A stretch of DNA of 64,000 bases from Verrucomicrobiota bacterium (GTDB lineage Bacteria; Verrucomicrobiota; Verrucomicrobiia; Chthoniobacterales; UBA10450). Position numbers and translations under genes: made by a program. The stretch lies in the NCBI GenBank assembly GCA_041167585.1, contig JBEEHV010000005.1:13883-77882 (forward strand), read 5' to 3'. The notes below the pieces were generated by a model. That model was given only the letters and a program-made list of their open reading frames with translations. It was not told where the DNA came from and made no database searches. Positions 51,866 through 63,486 of the stretch are shown here, piece after piece; position 1 is the first letter of the stretch; every line of letters begins with the position of its first letter.

Positions 51866-52191
51866 CCGGAGGTATTTGCGTAATCAAGCAAGAGCTTCTT
51901 GCGTGCGACCAGCGCCCTTAGATCGAACCCCAGCGAAGCGACGTTTTCGGTCAGTTCCTCGCTCGTTTCTTCGAACGCCATGAAGATTCCCGGCTCGTTG
52001 TATTCGGTCGCGCCGCGAACGAGAAATTCCATTGCCAGAAGAGTCTTGCCGCAGCCCGCTCCCCCGCAGACTAACGTCGGTCGCCCCGCCGGCAGTCCTC
52101 CTTCGGTGATTTCATCCAGACCGCGGATGCCCGTAGGCGATTTCGACAGGGTCTTGCGAGTGAGTTTCGAGTTGGGCTTTTTCATGATCAA
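51862..52191 (-). CDS. KaiC/RecA-superfamily ATPase fragment (109 aa; Walker A only, truncated)
   Basis: PTGIRGLDEITEGGLPAGRPTLVCGGAGCGKTLLAMEFL...IFMAFEETSEEL is the start of a KaiC-type domain. The ORF stops about 110-120 aa short of one full domain, at ...KKLLLDYANTSG. Confidence 0.7.
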   Translation of the reverse strand: MIMKKPNSKLTRKTLSKSPTGIRGLDEITEGGLPAGRPTLVCGGAGCGKTLLAMEFLVRGATEYNEPGIFMAFEETSEELTENVASLGFDLRALVARKKLLLDYANTSG

Positions 52192-52341
52192 GCCTTACTC
52201 AAAGCGCCCCTTAGACCCGACGCGAAGCGGCTGACTACGCGGTTCCAAACAAACTACTACGTAGGACTTCGGAACGGGATCAAAGGTCCCGGTCTCCGGG
52301 TGGAAATTTCAGCACCCAGCGCGTCCCTCAGGATCAGCCTT

Positions 52342-55300
52342 TCACGCAAGCGCGGCGTAAACTTTGTCGATTTCTCGCTCGAGCTCCGCGAATGCTTCCT
52401 TTGTTCCGCGGAGATCATTCGTTCGGCCGCGCGTTTCCAGGCTCAGCGCGCAGGCGTGCGCGGCTGCCGCACCGAAACATCCCAATGAGCTGAGCAGCTT
52501 ATGCGCGCTAGTGCTGAGAGCAGCTCCGTCTCCCTTCTCGACGGCGTCGCGGATCGCCCCGACGAGCAACGGGGCGCTGTCGCGAAAAATCGCGACCAGT
52601 TCGGCGGCCAATTCTTCATCGCCGTCGCACTGTTCCACCAACTTCCCAGGTGCGTGGATGACCTGCTCCATGCTTTCAGGATCGGGCTCTGCGGTTTGAG
52701 CACCGCGGAGCGAGCGAAGTAGATCTTCCTTCAGCAGCGGCTTGGAAACATAATCGTCCATTCCCGCAGCGAGGCAACGCTCCCGGTCCCCTGCCATCGC
52801 GTGCGCGGTCATTGCCACGATCCGGATATGGCCGCCGGTCGTCTCTTCGATTTCGCGAATGCAGCGCGTCGCTTCGAATCCGTCCATCAGTGGCATCTGC
52901 ATGTCCATCAAAATGAGATCGAAGGCTCCGTCGGAAAAAGCGTCGACTGCCTCACGGCCGGTGGAGGCGTGGACAAGGACGTGGCCTTGTTTTTCCAAAA
53001 TGCCCGTGGCGACGGCGCGATTAACAAGATTGTCTTCCGCCACCAGGATGCGCAGAGCCGACGCGGGAAGCGCATCGAGTGGAGCCGGCATTTCCGGAGC
53101 GCGAACTATCAGTTTTTCCGAATTATGACTGACGGCACCGAGTATGGCGTCGAGCAATTCGGATTGCGTGACCGGTTTCGTCAGATAGCTCGCGATGCCT
53201 AACGAGCGGCAACGTGCGGCTGTGCCGGCCGGCATCGCAGATGACAGCATCATTACCGTCGCGCCCGCGAGCTCCAGTCGATGTTGGATTCTCTCCGCCA
53301 GGGCGAAACCATCCATTTCCGGCATGACGGCATCGAGGAGGACGAGCTGATAAGCGAAGCCGCCCTCGGCCGCGCGCAACATTTCTTCGAAGGCCGCCTC
53401 GCCCGACGCCACCACCGTCGGAGACATCCGCCAGTTCGACAACATCTCCTGGAGGATGCGGCCGTGCACGGCGTTATCGTCCACGACCAGCGCGCGCATT
53501 GCGACCAGATCATCGAGTTCGCCACATTCCGGGACTAGCACCTGCCTGTCCTGGACTTTCAAAACCGTCGTGAAATGGAACGTCGTGCCTTCACCCACGG
53601 TGCTTTCGAGCCAGATCCGGCCCCGCATTTTTTGGATCAACTGCGAAGCGATGGAAAGCCCGAGCCCGGTGCCGCCATGCGTCCGCGTCGTCGAACCGTC
53701 CCCTTGCGAAAATGGTTCGAAAATCGTGTTACGCTTTTCAACGGGGATGCCAATGCCCGTGTCGGTGACGGAAAACTGCAGTTCGGTTTCCCCGTTGGTC
53801 CCGGGCCGATTGGTCACGTTTATGACCACCTCGCCCCGCTCGGTGAACTTGATCGCGTTGGCCGTGAGATTGATCAGGATCTGGCGCAGCCGCAACGGAT
53901 CGCCGACGAAGTGATCGGGCACGTCGGAGGAAATATCCGCGACGAGTTCAAGACCTTTTTGGTCGGCGCGCAATCCGAGCGGCTTGAGGACGGCGCTGAT
54001 GCATTCGCGCAAACTGAAGTCAATCGCCTCGAGCTGCAGCATGCCCGCCTCGATCTTGGAAAAATCGAGGATGTCGTTAATCAAAACGAGCAACGAGTGC
54101 GCCGAGCTTTTCACCATCCCGAGGTATTCGCGCTGATCGCGATTCAGCTCGGTTTCAAGGGCGAGATCGGTCATGCCAATGATGCCGTTCATCGGCGTGC
54201 GAATTTCGTGGCTCATGTTCGCTAGAAACTCGCTCTTGGCCCGGTTGGCGGCTTCCGCGGCTTCCTTTGCCGCGGCCAGCTCCAAGTTGGTTCGGGAGAT
54301 CTCGAGTTCTGACAACTTCAGGTCATGGATATCCGTGCAGGTGCCGAACCATTTCAGGATGTGGCCGGTGGCATCCGTCTGGGGAACGCCGCGGATTAAC
54401 CACCAGCGGTATTCTCCATCCGCGCGGCGCAGGCGGCATTCGAGTGAGTAAGTTCCGGCGGTCGCCGTCGCGTGCTGCCAGGCGTCCCAGGCGCGCTGTC
54501 GGTCATTGGGATGGAAAGGCTTGTTCCACCCGTGACCCAGGCTTTCTTCGAGGGAAAGCCCGGTGTAATCCATCCACTGCTGGCTGAAATACGTGTTCCA
54601 GCCATCGGGTCGGGTGATCCAGACGATTTGCGGCATTGCTTCGGCCAGAGTGCGGAATTCGGCTTCGCTTTTCCGCAATGCTTCTTCCGCGCGCTTGCGT
54701 TCGGTGATGTCCACGCAAGCGCCAGTCATGTAGAGCGACTGGCCGGCGTCGTCGAAAAAAGTTTTCCCTTTGTCATCCAGCCAGCGAAGGCTCCCGTCGG
54801 GCCGCAGAATGCGAAACTCCATGTCGAAATCCGCCCCTTCCTGTGCGCAGCGCTGGCAGCGTTCGATCACTTTAGGGCGATCATCGGGATGCACCGCGGC
54901 GATGAACGTCTCAAGCGAACATATCGTCTGTCCAGGAGGCAGGCCGAACAAAGCATCCAGCGAATCATCCCAACTCAACTCATTGGAGCGGATATCCCAC
55001 CGGAAAGTGCCGGTGCCGGAGGCCGAGAGTGCGACTCGCAACCGTTCGTCGCTCACCCGCAGCGCTTTCTCCACCCGTTTGCGCTCGGTGATGTCGCGGG
55101 CGATTTTCGACACTCCGATGAGCCGGCCCGCAGCATCGCGTACCGGTGAAACGCTGAGTGACACCTCAATCCGCCGCCCGTCTTTTGCGACGCGCACGGT
55201 TTCGAAGTGCTCGATGCGTTCCTCCCGGCGCAGGCGCTCCAGGAATTCCGCCTCCTCCCCCCGATGATCGGGCGGAATGATCATCGCGCTCGGCTGGCCA

Positions 55301-58300
55301 ATGATTTCCTCGCCCCGATAGCCAAACAAGCGCTCGGCCGCGGCATTCCAGCTGGTAAAGATTCCCTCAAGCGTCTTCCCTACGATGGCATCGCTGGAGG
55401 AGTCCACGATGGCCGCGAGCCTCGCCCGTGTCTCGTCGGCCTGCTTGCGCTCGGTGATGTCCTGCGCCATGACCACGATGCCAATGACCTTTCCGTCCTT
55501 GTCGCGATAGGGGACCTTATCGGTCTGCACCGAGAGTTCTCGTCCCCCCGGACCTGTTAGCGTTTCGACAAATCCCAGTTTGGGCGCTCCCGAATGGATC
55601 ACCTTAAGATCGTCCGCGTAAAACTTAGAAGCCTCGTTTGGATAGATTTCGAGCGACGGTTTCCCTTCGATCTCCCCGACGGACTTCCCCACCGCTTCAG
55701 CCGCCATTTTGTTGACTCGCAGGATGCCGTTGTTCGTGTCCTTGAACCAGATCATCGCGGGCATCAGATCGAAGAGGGCTCGCAACTCGCTTTGTTGCCG
55801 CTGCAGCTCCTTTTCGATCTCCTTTCGTTCCGTGATGTTCATCATCGCTCCGACCATGCGGAGCGGTTTGCCCCCCACATCGCGCACCACGTATCCGCGG
55901 TCGTAGACAAACGCATACGACCCGTCAGCGCAGCGGAAGCGGTACTCGCTCGTCCACGATTCCTCCTCACTCGCGAAGGCGCGGTAGACACTCTCCATCA
56001 CCTGATCGTGGTCATCCGGATGGATTCCGTGGATCCAAAACTCCATGGTCGATTCGAATTCGCCGGGTCGGTAACCGAACAGCGTCCCGAACGATTCGCT
56101 GAATGAGATCGAGTTGGCGATGACGTCCCAATCCCAGATGGCATCGTTCGTAGCGCGAGAGACGAGCTGAAAGCGTTCCTCGCTCTCGCCCAGGGCGCGC
56201 TCGGCCTTTTCCCGCTCGGTGACGTCTTGTGAAGTGCCGACTACCCGGATCACGTTACCCGTTTCGTCCAGCACCACATCGGCCCAACAGTTCAGGATGC
56301 GCTCCTGGCCGTCGGGCCGCACGATAAGCATATCCATGCGCGATGATTTTTTCATCGCCCGGACAGCGTTGAACCACCTCAGGGCGTCCTTCCGTGAGTC
56401 CGGATGAACCAGGGAAAGATAAAAACGCCAGGTGGTTTCGCACGCGCCCGGTTCCAACCCAAAGAGCCGATATTCTTCATCGGACCAGACTACTTTGTTC
56501 GTGGTCACATCCCATTCCCAGCTGCCGACATGGGCCATTTTCTGGGCGTCGGCGAGGCGGACTTCGCTTCGTTTTAATGCTTCCTCGGCCTGCTTTCGCT
56601 CGATCGCGAGCGCGATTTGATCGCCGACGGATGAGAGGAACTCCAGGTCGCGCTCGCTGTAAGCGCCTTCCTTTTCGTAATGCTGGACAGCCAGGACGCC
56701 GATGGTGCGGGCGGGGGTCCTCAGCGGCACACCCAGCCAAGAGGCAGAATCGGAGCCGCTCTGCGCAACCTTGCCTTCGTTAAACAGCTGTCTCTTAAGT
56801 TCCGTGGTAAGAAGAAGCGGTTTAGCTGAACGCAAGACGTAGCTGCTTCGGGTAAAGCCGTTGGAAATGGGTTGCGGCGGAGGAACGGAATCAAGCTTGT
56901 CGATCCAAAACTCGAAATGGATCAAATCCGTTTTGGCGTCATGGAGTCCGACAAAGCAGTTCTCCGCGTAGAGGACCTTGCTGATGGAACGATGGGCCAG
57001 CTGAAGCAACTCGCCCAGGTTATTCGTCGTGATGACGCCTTGGACGATTTCGGAAATCACCTGGCGCTCCGCTTCGGCCCGCTTCCGCATCGTAACGTCT
57101 TGCACGCTGCCTTCGTAATAGGCCGCGCCGCCGGCGGAATCCCGAACGATGCGCGTGTATTCGGAGACCCAGATGGGAGTTCCGTCCTTGCGTCTGACTT
57201 CATATTCGAAATCGCTGAGAGATCCTTTTTCCTCAAGCAGGCGCACAAATCTTTCCCGTAATTCCGGGTCAACGAAGCTGTCCTGCTCGATGTCGGTTCT
57301 TTCGCGGATCAACTCCTCGGGCGAGTCATATCCTAGCATGCGCGCGAGGGCCGGATTGGCAGAGATCATCCGGCCGTCGGGTGTGTTCTGAAAGATTCCC
57401 TCGTTCGAGTTCTCGAAGATCGAGCGGTATTTTTCTTCAGCCGCTCCGTGAGCCTGCTCCGCCAGTTTCCGTTTCGTGATGTCGAAAGCGCAGACCAGTT
57501 CCGCGCGCCGCCCACCATAATCGAGGACGTGAGATGTGATCTCAACGTCGATCATTGAGCCGTCCTTCTTTCGATGCTTCCAGACACCCGCCTTGTCTAC
57601 GGCCTGGCCGGCGACCTGGGCGACATGCGCGAGCAACAATGGCCTGTCGTCGATGGGCCGAATGTCGGCGATGGTCATGGAGAGGAACTCCTCGCGCCGA
57701 TAGCCGTAATGAGCTATGGCGGCGTCATTGATTTCGATAAACGCAAGCGTCTCGAGATCGTAGATCCACATGGGCAACGGGTTCGACGCGAAAAGGGCGC
57801 GATATTGTTCCTCGCCCTTTTTAAGTGCGTCCTCGTTTCGTTTCTGCTCCGTGATGTCCTCGCCAATGCTGGCCGTCCCGATCACGCCCCCGGTGGCGGA
57901 ACGCAGGACGGAGTTGTTCCACCGAATGAGCCGTCGGCTTCCGGAGCGCGTCACGATTTCGTTCTCGTGATGCCACGCGATGGGCTGGTCGGCGAGTAAC
58001 GCCGTGTAAACGCCTCGCATCTCATGAACAATCTCGGCGGGCACAAGGAGTTCGAAGCAGTCCGCGCCCAGCACCTCGGCTCGCTGCCAACCCGTCAGTT
58101 GTAGCAGGTGATCGTTGCAATAGGTGATCCGTCCGGTCTGGTCCATCATCATCGAGATCAACTCGAGATTCCCAAGCATGTCGCTGAAACGCCGGTTACT
58201 CTCGCGCAGTTCGTCCGCGGCTTGCGCCAGTTCCGCGGTGCGGTCTTTGACTCGTACCTCAAGTTCTGCATGCGCCGTGCGGAGATTTCCCTCCGCTTCT

Positions 58301-59031
58301 GCCTCTTGGTGGAAGCTCTCCAACAATTGGGCGCGCCATCGTCGCATGCCGCGCGCTGCCCCGAACCACGCCAAAAGCGATATCCCGCTGGCCACTAGAC
58401 CGGCGATGGTTACGAGCCAATCACTGCGGTGGTCGTCCTGCAGCCTTTCATCAAACTCGCGCCTGAGTTGCTTGACCAGCGAGGTTATTCCTTCAACGAA
58501 GATCTCTTTCTGCGTTTCGTACTCGGCGCTGAACAATGCGGCTTGCGCCTCCTCCTTGTGGCCGGCGCGAACCAAAGTAAAAGCGCGATTTTCCATCTCC
58601 ACCAACTTGAGGTTTGCCTCATCCGTTTTTGTCGCGGCTTGGACGTCGGAGGGGCCGGTGCCCATTCTTCTTGTTTCCTTGATTGCGGCATCCAGTTGCG
58701 GTTCGACACGGCGATACCGCTCTTCCCACTGTAAATCTCCCGTTGCCGCCGCCATCCGGGCGGACATGCTCAACACCTCGTCCAGATGGATGATGATGCC
58801 TCGGAGTTCCTCGATTCGCGAGAGCCGGTCTGTGAAGCTTTTGGCATCGCGGATATCGTCGAAAATAATCCAGCCAAACCCGGCGAAAGCTACGATCGTA
58901 AACAGACAGGCGATGGTGAGAAGCCGGATCGGAAAACGCACGGCGGTTATCGCTTTGTCCTCCGCGATATTCTTTTGGGTTGGCACGTTCTTTTGCGCTG
59001 ATCTGCCGGGCCACTCAGGAGCTTGTTGCAC
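52342..59031 (-). CDS. 2229-aa hybrid sensor histidine kinase: 2 TM + periplasmic sensor, about 9 PAS/PAC, 1 GAF, HisKA, HATPase_c, 2 REC, HPt
   Basis: TM helices: [21 protein letters not shown] and [21 protein letters not shown]. Repeated PAS-PAC units end in ..DITERK(R/Q)AE. GAF: [21 protein letters not shown]-box: [15 protein letters not shown] boxes: [19 protein letters not shown]: [13 protein letters not shown] and [13 protein letters not shown]. HPt: [13 protein letters not shown]. Confidence 0.9.
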   Translation of the reverse strand: MQQAPEWPGRSAQKNVPTQKNIAEDKAITAVRFPIRLLTIACLFTIVAFAGFGWIIFDDIRDAKSFTDRLSRIEELRGIIIHLDEVLSMSARMAAATGDLQWEERYRRVEPQLDAAIKETRRMGTGPSDVQAATKTDEANLKLVEMENRAFTLVRAGHKEEAQAALFSAEYETQKEIFVEGITSLVKQLRREFDERLQDDHRSDWLVTIAGLVASGISLLAWFGAARGMRRWRAQLLESFHQEAEAEGNLRTAHAELEVRVKDRTAELAQAADELRESNRRFSDMLGNLELISMMMDQTGRITYCNDHLLQLTGWQRAEVLGADCFELLVPAEIVHEMRGVYTALLADQPIAWHHENEIVTRSGSRRLIRWNNSVLRSATGGVIGTASIGEDITEQKRNEDALKKGEEQYRALFASNPLPMWIYDLETLAFIEINDAAIAHYGYRREEFLSMTIADIRPIDDRPLLLAHVAQVAGQAVDKAGVWKHRKKDGSMIDVEITSHVLDYGGRRAELVCAFDITKRKLAEQAHGAAEEKYRSIFENSNEGIFQNTPDGRMISANPALARMLGYDSPEELIRERTDIEQDSFVDPELRERFVRLLEEKGSLSDFEYEVRRKDGTPIWVSEYTRIVRDSAGGAAYYEGSVQDVTMRKRAEAERQVISEIVQGVITTNNLGELLQLAHRSISKVLYAENCFVGLHDAKTDLIHFEFWIDKLDSVPPPQPISNGFTRSSYVLRSAKPLLLTTELKRQLFNEGKVAQSGSDSASWLGVPLRTPARTIGVLAVQHYEKEGAYSERDLEFLSSVGDQIALAIERKQAEEALKRSEVRLADAQKMAHVGSWEWDVTTNKVVWSDEEYRLFGLEPGACETTWRFYLSLVHPDSRKDALRWFNAVRAMKKSSRMDMLIVRPDGQERILNCWADVVLDETGNVIRVVGTSQDVTEREKAERALGESEERFQLVSRATNDAIWDWDVIANSISFSESFGTLFGYRPGEFESTMEFWIHGIHPDDHDQVMESVYRAFASEEESWTSEYRFRCADGSYAFVYDRGYVVRDVGGKPLRMVGAMMNITERKEIEKELQRQQSELRALFDLMPAMIWFKDTNNGILRVNKMAAEAVGKSVGEIEGKPSLEIYPNEASKFYADDLKVIHSGAPKLGFVETLTGPGGRELSVQTDKVPYRDKDGKVIGIVVMAQDITERKQADETRARLAAIVDSSSDAIVGKTLEGIFTSWNAAAERLFGYRGEEIIGQPSAMIIPPDHRGEEAEFLERLRREERIEHFETVRVAKDGRRIEVSLSVSPVRDAAGRLIGVSKIARDITERKRVEKALRVSDERLRVALSASGTGTFRWDIRSNELSWDDSLDALFGLPPGQTICSLETFIAAVHPDDRPKVIERCQRCAQEGADFDMEFRILRPDGSLRWLDDKGKTFFDDAGQSLYMTGACVDITERKRAEEALRKSEAEFRTLAEAMPQIVWITRPDGWNTYFSQQWMDYTGLSLEESLGHGWNKPFHPNDRQRAWDAWQHATATAGTYSLECRLRRADGEYRWWLIRGVPQTDATGHILKWFGTCTDIHDLKLSELEISRTNLELAAAKEAAEAANRAKSEFLANMSHEIRTPMNGIIGMTDLALETELNRDQREYLGMVKSSAHSLLVLINDILDFSKIEAGMLQLEAIDFSLRECISAVLKPLGLRADQKGLELVADISSDVPDHFVGDPLRLRQILINLTANAIKFTERGEVVINVTNRPGTNGETELQFSVTDTGIGIPVEKRNTIFEPFSQGDGSTTRTHGGTGLGLSIASQLIQKMRGRIWLESTVGEGTTFHFTTVLKVQDRQVLVPECGELDDLVAMRALVVDDNAVHGRILQEMLSNWRMSPTVVASGEAAFEEMLRAAEGGFAYQLVLLDAVMPEMDGFALAERIQHRLELAGATVMMLSSAMPAGTAARCRSLGIASYLTKPVTQSELLDAILGAVSHNSEKLIVRAPEMPAPLDALPASALRILVAEDNLVNRAVATGILEKQGHVLVHASTGREAVDAFSDGAFDLILMDMQMPLMDGFEATRCIREIEETTGGHIRIVAMTAHAMAGDRERCLAAGMDDYVSKPLLKEDLLRSLRGAQTAEPDPESMEQVIHAPGKLVEQCDGDEELAAELVAIFRDSAPLLVGAIRDAVEKGDGAALSTSAHKLLSSLGCFGAAAAHACALSLETRGRTNDLRGTKEAFAELEREIDKVYAALA

Positions 59032-59232
59032 GAGAGTCCACGGCTACTTTATGCTATAGCCACGCGCATGCGGGGCCTCTCGCGGTCACTGCGTAAATCC
59101 CGATACGGCTTTTACCGAGCTGTCTTTTAAAAATTCAGGAGCGGCACTCGCAATAACCTTTGCTGCGCGAACCGGCCGCTCCAGCGAGCGCCTTGCGATA
59201 AATGTGGGAAGCCCGGTGCGGATGCTATTGCA

Positions 59233-59946
59233 CTACCCGACAATCGCGTGCGCATCTGCGGGCCGAAAAAGTTTACCGGAATAATGAAATACGTTCTCTT
59301 GTTTCGTGAACGGCTTTCCGGCCAGGAGAAGATCGATCAGTCGAAGCAATCGCTGACCGCTAGTCATGATTTGCTGCACGCTTGCGGTCTGGGCGCCGGT
59401 CAGCGCTTGTCTTTCCAGGATCTGCGCAAAGCCCAGGACGTGGCTCAGCGGTGTTCGGAGCTCGTGGCTGACCCGCGAGAGAAATTCATCCTTGGCTTGA
59501 AGAGCCGTTTCCAGTTCCGCCGTCCGTTCACAGACCCGGCGCTCGAGGTCCGTGTTCGCGGTGGTTAGTTTCGCTTGCAGCTCCAGGATGCGCTCGGCCA
59601 CGCGAATGCGCGCGGAGAGCTCCTGTCTCTCGAACGGCTTGGTGATAAAGTCGTCCGCGCCGGCGGTCATCGCTTCCAGGTAATTCGTCTTCCCGGTTCG
59701 CGCCGTGAGCAGGATGATGTAGGTGTAGTCGATCCGCCCGGCGGCCCGAACGCGTCGGCAGAATTCCAATCCGTCGAGATCCGGCATCATCCAGTCAGAG
59801 ATAACAAACTGAAACTGGTTGTTCCGCCACGCGTCCCAGGCCTCGGCTCCATTCGCCGCCTGGTGCACCTCATGTCCGAGCTTCGCCAGGGCGGCGCTCA
59901 AAAGAAGCCGGCTGATGTCGTCGTCCTCGGCGATCAGGATTTTCAT
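59233..59946 (-). CDS. REC + coiled coil + DHp (HisKA) protein lacking an ATPase domain
   Basis: REC: ILIAEDDDISRLLL, FVISDWMMPDLDG, TKP. H-box: FLSRVSHELRTPLSHVLGFAQIL. The ORF ends about 40 aa later with no N/G boxes. Confidence 0.8.
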   Translation of the reverse strand: MKILIAEDDDISRLLLSAALAKLGHEVHQAANGAEAWDAWRNNQFQFVISDWMMPDLDGLEFCRRVRAAGRIDYTYIILLTARTGKTNYLEAMTAGADDFITKPFERQELSARIRVAERILELQAKLTTANTDLERRVCERTAELETALQAKDEFLSRVSHELRTPLSHVLGFAQILERQALTGAQTASVQQIMTSGQRLLRLIDLLLAGKPFTKQENVFHYSGKLFRPADAHAIVG

Positions 59947-59968
59947 TTCGGCATCTCGCCCCGGACGT

Positions 59969-60373
59969 CTACGGATTCATGAACAAACTGCCCACGGTGT
60001 AGCTCACCGGTTCGCCGCTGGGATTGAGGGCATTCTCGATCCGCTGTTTCCAGCCATATCGACCAAACGAATCCACTTGGACTGGCGCGGTGACATTATC
60101 CTGATACCACCAGCCATCGGCGGCCTTAAAGAAGACCCCGAGATGGTTGACCGTTTCGCCATGCTGGCTCCAGGTGTAACCCACCAGCGCGGTTTCGATG
60201 TGCTGCGCTTTTAGTTTGGCATTGAAGGATCGCGCCCACGGTTCGCATTGATTATATTGGTGGTATCCGGGACAGGAGGCCGCGACGCTTTGAGCGTAGT
60301 CATGTTCTGGCGACGCGCACGAAGACAAGCCGAGCGCGACCAAGGCGAAGGAGATTTTGAGTATATGATTCAT
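59969..60373 (-). CDS. small lipoprotein (134 aa), function unknown
   Basis: ATG 60373 gives MNHILKISFALVALGLSSCA (lipobox). The upstream ORF extension to 60493 has poor composition. Confidence 0.6.
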   Translation of the reverse strand: MNHILKISFALVALGLSSCASPEHDYAQSVAASCPGYHQYNQCEPWARSFNAKLKAQHIETALVGYTWSQHGETVNHLGVFFKAADGWWYQDNVTAPVQVDSFGRYGWKQRIENALNPSGEPVSYTVGSLFMNP

Positions 60374-60973
60374 ACCTCCATGCTCTAGCCGGGGGCATGC
60401 GCGTCGCGCGGCGGCGACTGTGTGAATCCGTCTGCGGAAGTTACTGAGCGAGAGCCAGGGAAGACGAGAGTGCGTAATTATCTGCCCCCCCAACGCGGCA
60501 CGAGTTCACGCGTCGGCTTTGCCAAAAGAGGCAAGAAGATTTTACCGGCCAGCGAGACGCGGATCAGGAGTGGGACTCGAGACCTCGCTCCGGATATCTT
60601 CGTAGAAATAGGTCATGTCTCGAGCAGCGCGCGCGGAGCGTTTCGCCTCCAGATTCGAGGTCGTGACTAGGAAACAAGTTCCCAGGAGTAACAAGACCGA
60701 GGCAGAGGCGGAAATCGGTTTGACGTAATCGCGATGAGTCATGCCCGCCTTTGGAGCGAGGCGTATGCGCGGCTAATCTCGGACGATCGGTAATTTCGCC
60801 TGCGGAAATTACGGATAGGTCAGGAAGACCGCGCGAAAACGCCAGGTCTCTTCTCGACCTACCAGCCTGGCACTCTTCCATTGCGGGAATCCCGTGCCGG
60901 AATAAGCTGTGCGCAAAGAGCGGGCAGAGAAAAGAAATTTTCCAGCTTGCAATTTCCTCTCGTAAAACAGTGA

Positions 60974-61055
60974 GCCAGGGTGGCGAAATTGGCAGACGCG
61001 CCAGACTTAGGATCTGGTGGAGCAATCCTTAGGGGTTCGAGTCCCCTCCCTGGTA
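60974..61055 (+). tRNA. tRNA-Leu (anticodon UAG), class II with long variable arm
   Basis: Hand fold: acceptor GCCAGGG/CCCTGGT (G1-U72 wobble); D arm GCG-AAATTGGCAGA-CGC; anticodon stem CCAGA/TCTGG with loop CTTAGGA; variable arm GGAGCAATCC; T arm AGGGG-TTCGAGT-CCCCT; discriminator A. CCA is not encoded. Confidence 0.85.
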
Positions 61056-61130
61056 CTAACTGTTCTTCCGGACGCGCATAGCTCCGACCTCTTCTGCGCG
61101 GCGCGGCCCGATGGAGGACGCGCCGAGCGC

Positions 61131-62516
61131 TTATCTGGAACTCGCGGAAGGAAGCTTTAGACTCTGAAGGCAAGCTTCAAACATCCCTCGCTCTTCCGGC
61201 CCCATTTCTCGCGGCGCGACGCAGTCGACCACTGTTATGGCGCCGGAGTTCGGACCTTTGCCGGAAAATGCGAAAACCACATGCAGTTGAAAGTCACCTT
61301 CGACCTGCCTCCGTAGCTCAAAAACAGTGGCCGTCCCAGAAGCACCCTTTAAGGTCGCGTACGGACAAGAGCTGCGCTCGCGAAACGTTTTGCTCACTGC
61401 TATCGGCTTGTAGATATCCACATACTCCGGCAGAGAACCCGCGAGACGCCCGTAAACCACGATGGTCGCCATCCCATCCGGCCGGTTTAACAGGATACGA
61501 TCCTTGGCCGAAGCGGTGTCTCGAACCCAGCCTGCGGGAAAACGAATCGAGGCGTCGGTGCCCGGCATCGTCGTCGGCGAACCTAGTTTCGCCGTTGCCA
61601 CCGCGGAGCGCGTGTCATGGTCGAGCACACAGGGCCAGATCGGATTGGCGGCGGCCGGCGGTGCGTCCTCCGTTTTTTTCGAAGGCTCGTTAGCGGATTC
61701 AGTTTGCTTGATCAACCGGCTGCCCTCCGGGGTAACCAACGCCTCCCCCTCGAACTTGAGCCTGAAGGTCTCACCGTTGCTATCTTTGAATCTGAGCGTC
61801 GTACCGTCGCGGGTGTAGGTACCGGTAAGCGACTTCCCGCGGTCTTGGGCGACAAATGTCCCGTCTGCTTTCAACAGCATGGAGAGTTTGTCACTGGCGT
61901 ATGTCCCGGCGATGTTGGAATTCTCGCCGCTGGTTGATTTCGAATCTCCCTTCGACTCTGCCGGCTTGGTCAGCCAGGTGTCTTCGGCCCCACTCGCGGC
62001 GGTCGGCTTGATGGAATTGAAGATCGCCTGGATGTCGCTCCTGGCTGTCTTCATCGACTCCGCCGGCATACGAACGACCAGCATCACTACCTCCTTCGGG
62101 GTCAGGCGAAGGGTGTATGCCACGCCGACGATCTGTCCTTCGGTTCCCAACTGGAAACGCGATAACTGCGCTTTGCTTCCGCTGCTGTGCTTAACGATCC
62201 CACGCTCAATCACCTTGTAGCCGGCCTCGCTATTCATGCCGATAATCTCGTCCGCGTTGACCTCCTCAACCGGTTTGTCCGTCTCAAAAATACCAGCCCA
62301 CAACTCTGCTTTGCCGGGTCCTTTGCCTTCCAATTCTGTTTTGGATTCTATTGGGGCTGTCCAACCGTCGGGCAGTTCCAACGAGTACTTGCCGGCGAGA
62401 GTTACCTCTGCGGCGAAACAGCTTTCGACAGGAGACAGAACGACAAGAGCCAGCAGTGTCGTCGCAACAACGCGAAGCGAAGAACGAACAGCAGAAGAGA
62501 GGAGAGAAAAAATCAT
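61131..62516 (-). CDS. secreted protein, member 1 of a tandem paralog family (461 aa)
   Basis: Signal or anchor: LRVVATTLLALVVLSPVESCFA. Shared N-module: EVTLAGKYSLELPDGWT. Shared module: IAGTYASDKLSMLLKADGTFVAQDRGKSLTGTYTRDGTTLRFKDSNGETFRLKFEGEALVTPEGSRL. Confidence 0.8.
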   Translation of the reverse strand: MIFSLLSSAVRSSLRVVATTLLALVVLSPVESCFAAEVTLAGKYSLELPDGWTAPIESKTELEGKGPGKAELWAGIFETDKPVEEVNADEIIGMNSEAGYKVIERGIVKHSSGSKAQLSRFQLGTEGQIVGVAYTLRLTPKEVVMLVVRMPAESMKTARSDIQAIFNSIKPTAASGAEDTWLTKPAESKGDSKSTSGENSNIAGTYASDKLSMLLKADGTFVAQDRGKSLTGTYTRDGTTLRFKDSNGETFRLKFEGEALVTPEGSRLIKQTESANEPSKKTEDAPPAAANPIWPCVLDHDTRSAVATAKLGSPTTMPGTDASIRFPAGWVRDTASAKDRILLNRPDGMATIVVYGRLAGSLPEYVDIYKPIAVSKTFRERSSCPYATLKGASGTATVFELRRQVEGDFQLHVVFAFSGKGPNSGAITVVDCVAPREMGPEERGMFEACLQSLKLPSASSR

Positions 62517-62524
62517 AGAGCGGC

Positions 62525-63367
62525 TTACGGTTTCTTCACCCAGCGAGATCCATCTTTCCCAATCAAGACATCTTTATCGAGCTTGGCATCGTCGGTATCT
62601 GTATCAGTGAATTTCAATGTGATCGTCGCACCGTTGCGAACGTAGGTGCCAGTCCCCGATTCACCGCGCATCTGAAAGGAGAAGGTTCCGTCGGCCTTCA
62701 ACTCCATGTAGTCCCCGCCGCCGCCGGCGAGGACGTATTTCCCGGCTATTTTGGAATCATCGCTACTGGGGGCCTTCGAATCTCCCTTCGACTTTTCTGC
62801 CGGCTTGGTCAGCCATGAGTCGTCGTCACTCGCCGCGCTGGCTGATTTAACGGAGTTGACGATGGCTTCGATGTCGCTTCTATACGACTTCGAAGGTCCG
62901 CTGCCGGGCGGCAGCATAAAGACGAAGATGGCGATGTGCTTGTCCGCAAGTTGAAGGTAGTAGTTAGCGGTCGTCTCCGGCACGTTGTTGCGGTCCGTTT
63001 GATAACGCAGCAATTGCGCCTTGAGGCCGGCCTTGGTAGTAAGCGATCCCTTATCAAGCACCTTAAAGCCGGGCTTCTTTTCGAAAACGCTGAGGTTCTG
63101 TGCCAGCATTTCTTCGAGCGAGTAGGTACTCTCGCCGGACTTCACAAGCAAACGGACTCCACCAGGTCCTTCTGCGAGGAATGATGATTTATCCTCCCGC
63201 GATTTTTGCGTCCAGCCGGGAGGGAGTTCGAAAGAGCAATTACCGCCGAAAGTCACCTCGGTAGCCGAGCAAATTTCCGCCGCGGATACGAGCAGCAGTA
63301 AGACTACGGCACCCACAATAGTTCGCCCGAAAGGACGGGACACTCCGAAGAAAAAAGGAAAAGACAT
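62525..63367 (-). CDS. secreted protein, member 2 of the paralog family (280 aa)
   Basis: TIVGAVVLLLLVSAAEICSA, then EVTFGGNCSFELPPGWT... and IAGKYVLAGGGGDYMELKADGTFSFQMRGESGTGTYVRNGATITLKF. Confidence 0.8.
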   Translation of the reverse strand: MSFPFFFGVSRPFGRTIVGAVVLLLLVSAAEICSATEVTFGGNCSFELPPGWTQKSREDKSSFLAEGPGGVRLLVKSGESTYSLEEMLAQNLSVFEKKPGFKVLDKGSLTTKAGLKAQLLRYQTDRNNVPETTANYYLQLADKHIAIFVFMLPPGSGPSKSYRSDIEAIVNSVKSASAASDDDSWLTKPAEKSKGDSKAPSSDDSKIAGKYVLAGGGGDYMELKADGTFSFQMRGESGTGTYVRNGATITLKFTDTDTDDAKLDKDVLIGKDGSRWVKKP

Positions 63368-63415
63368 GCCGCCGTTGTAGGGGGTTTTTCCTTAACGACA
63401 AGAAAATTTTCGGCC

Positions 63416-63486
63416 GCGAATTGGCAGAACTCCAGACTTAGGACCTGGTGGAGCAATCCTTAGGGGTTCGAGTCCCCTCCATGGTA
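63416..63486 (+). pseudogene. decayed partial copy of tRNA-Leu(UAG), lacking the 5' acceptor strand and with a broken D stem
   Basis: GCGAATTGGCAGAACTCCAGACTTAGGACCTGGTGGAGCAATCCTTAGGGGTTCGAGTCCCCTCCATGGTA is near-identical to nt 60983-61055. The upstream TTTTCGGCC cannot pair with CCATGGT. The anticodon stem has an A-C mismatch. Confidence 0.6.

Noticed and set aside
60974-63486. tRNA-flanked segment as an integrated genomic island or prophage remnant
   Set aside because: There is no integrase or mobility gene. The cargo is two members of a local paralog family. The repeat extends upstream of the tRNA rather than being a 3'-end att duplication. I interpret it as a segmental duplication.
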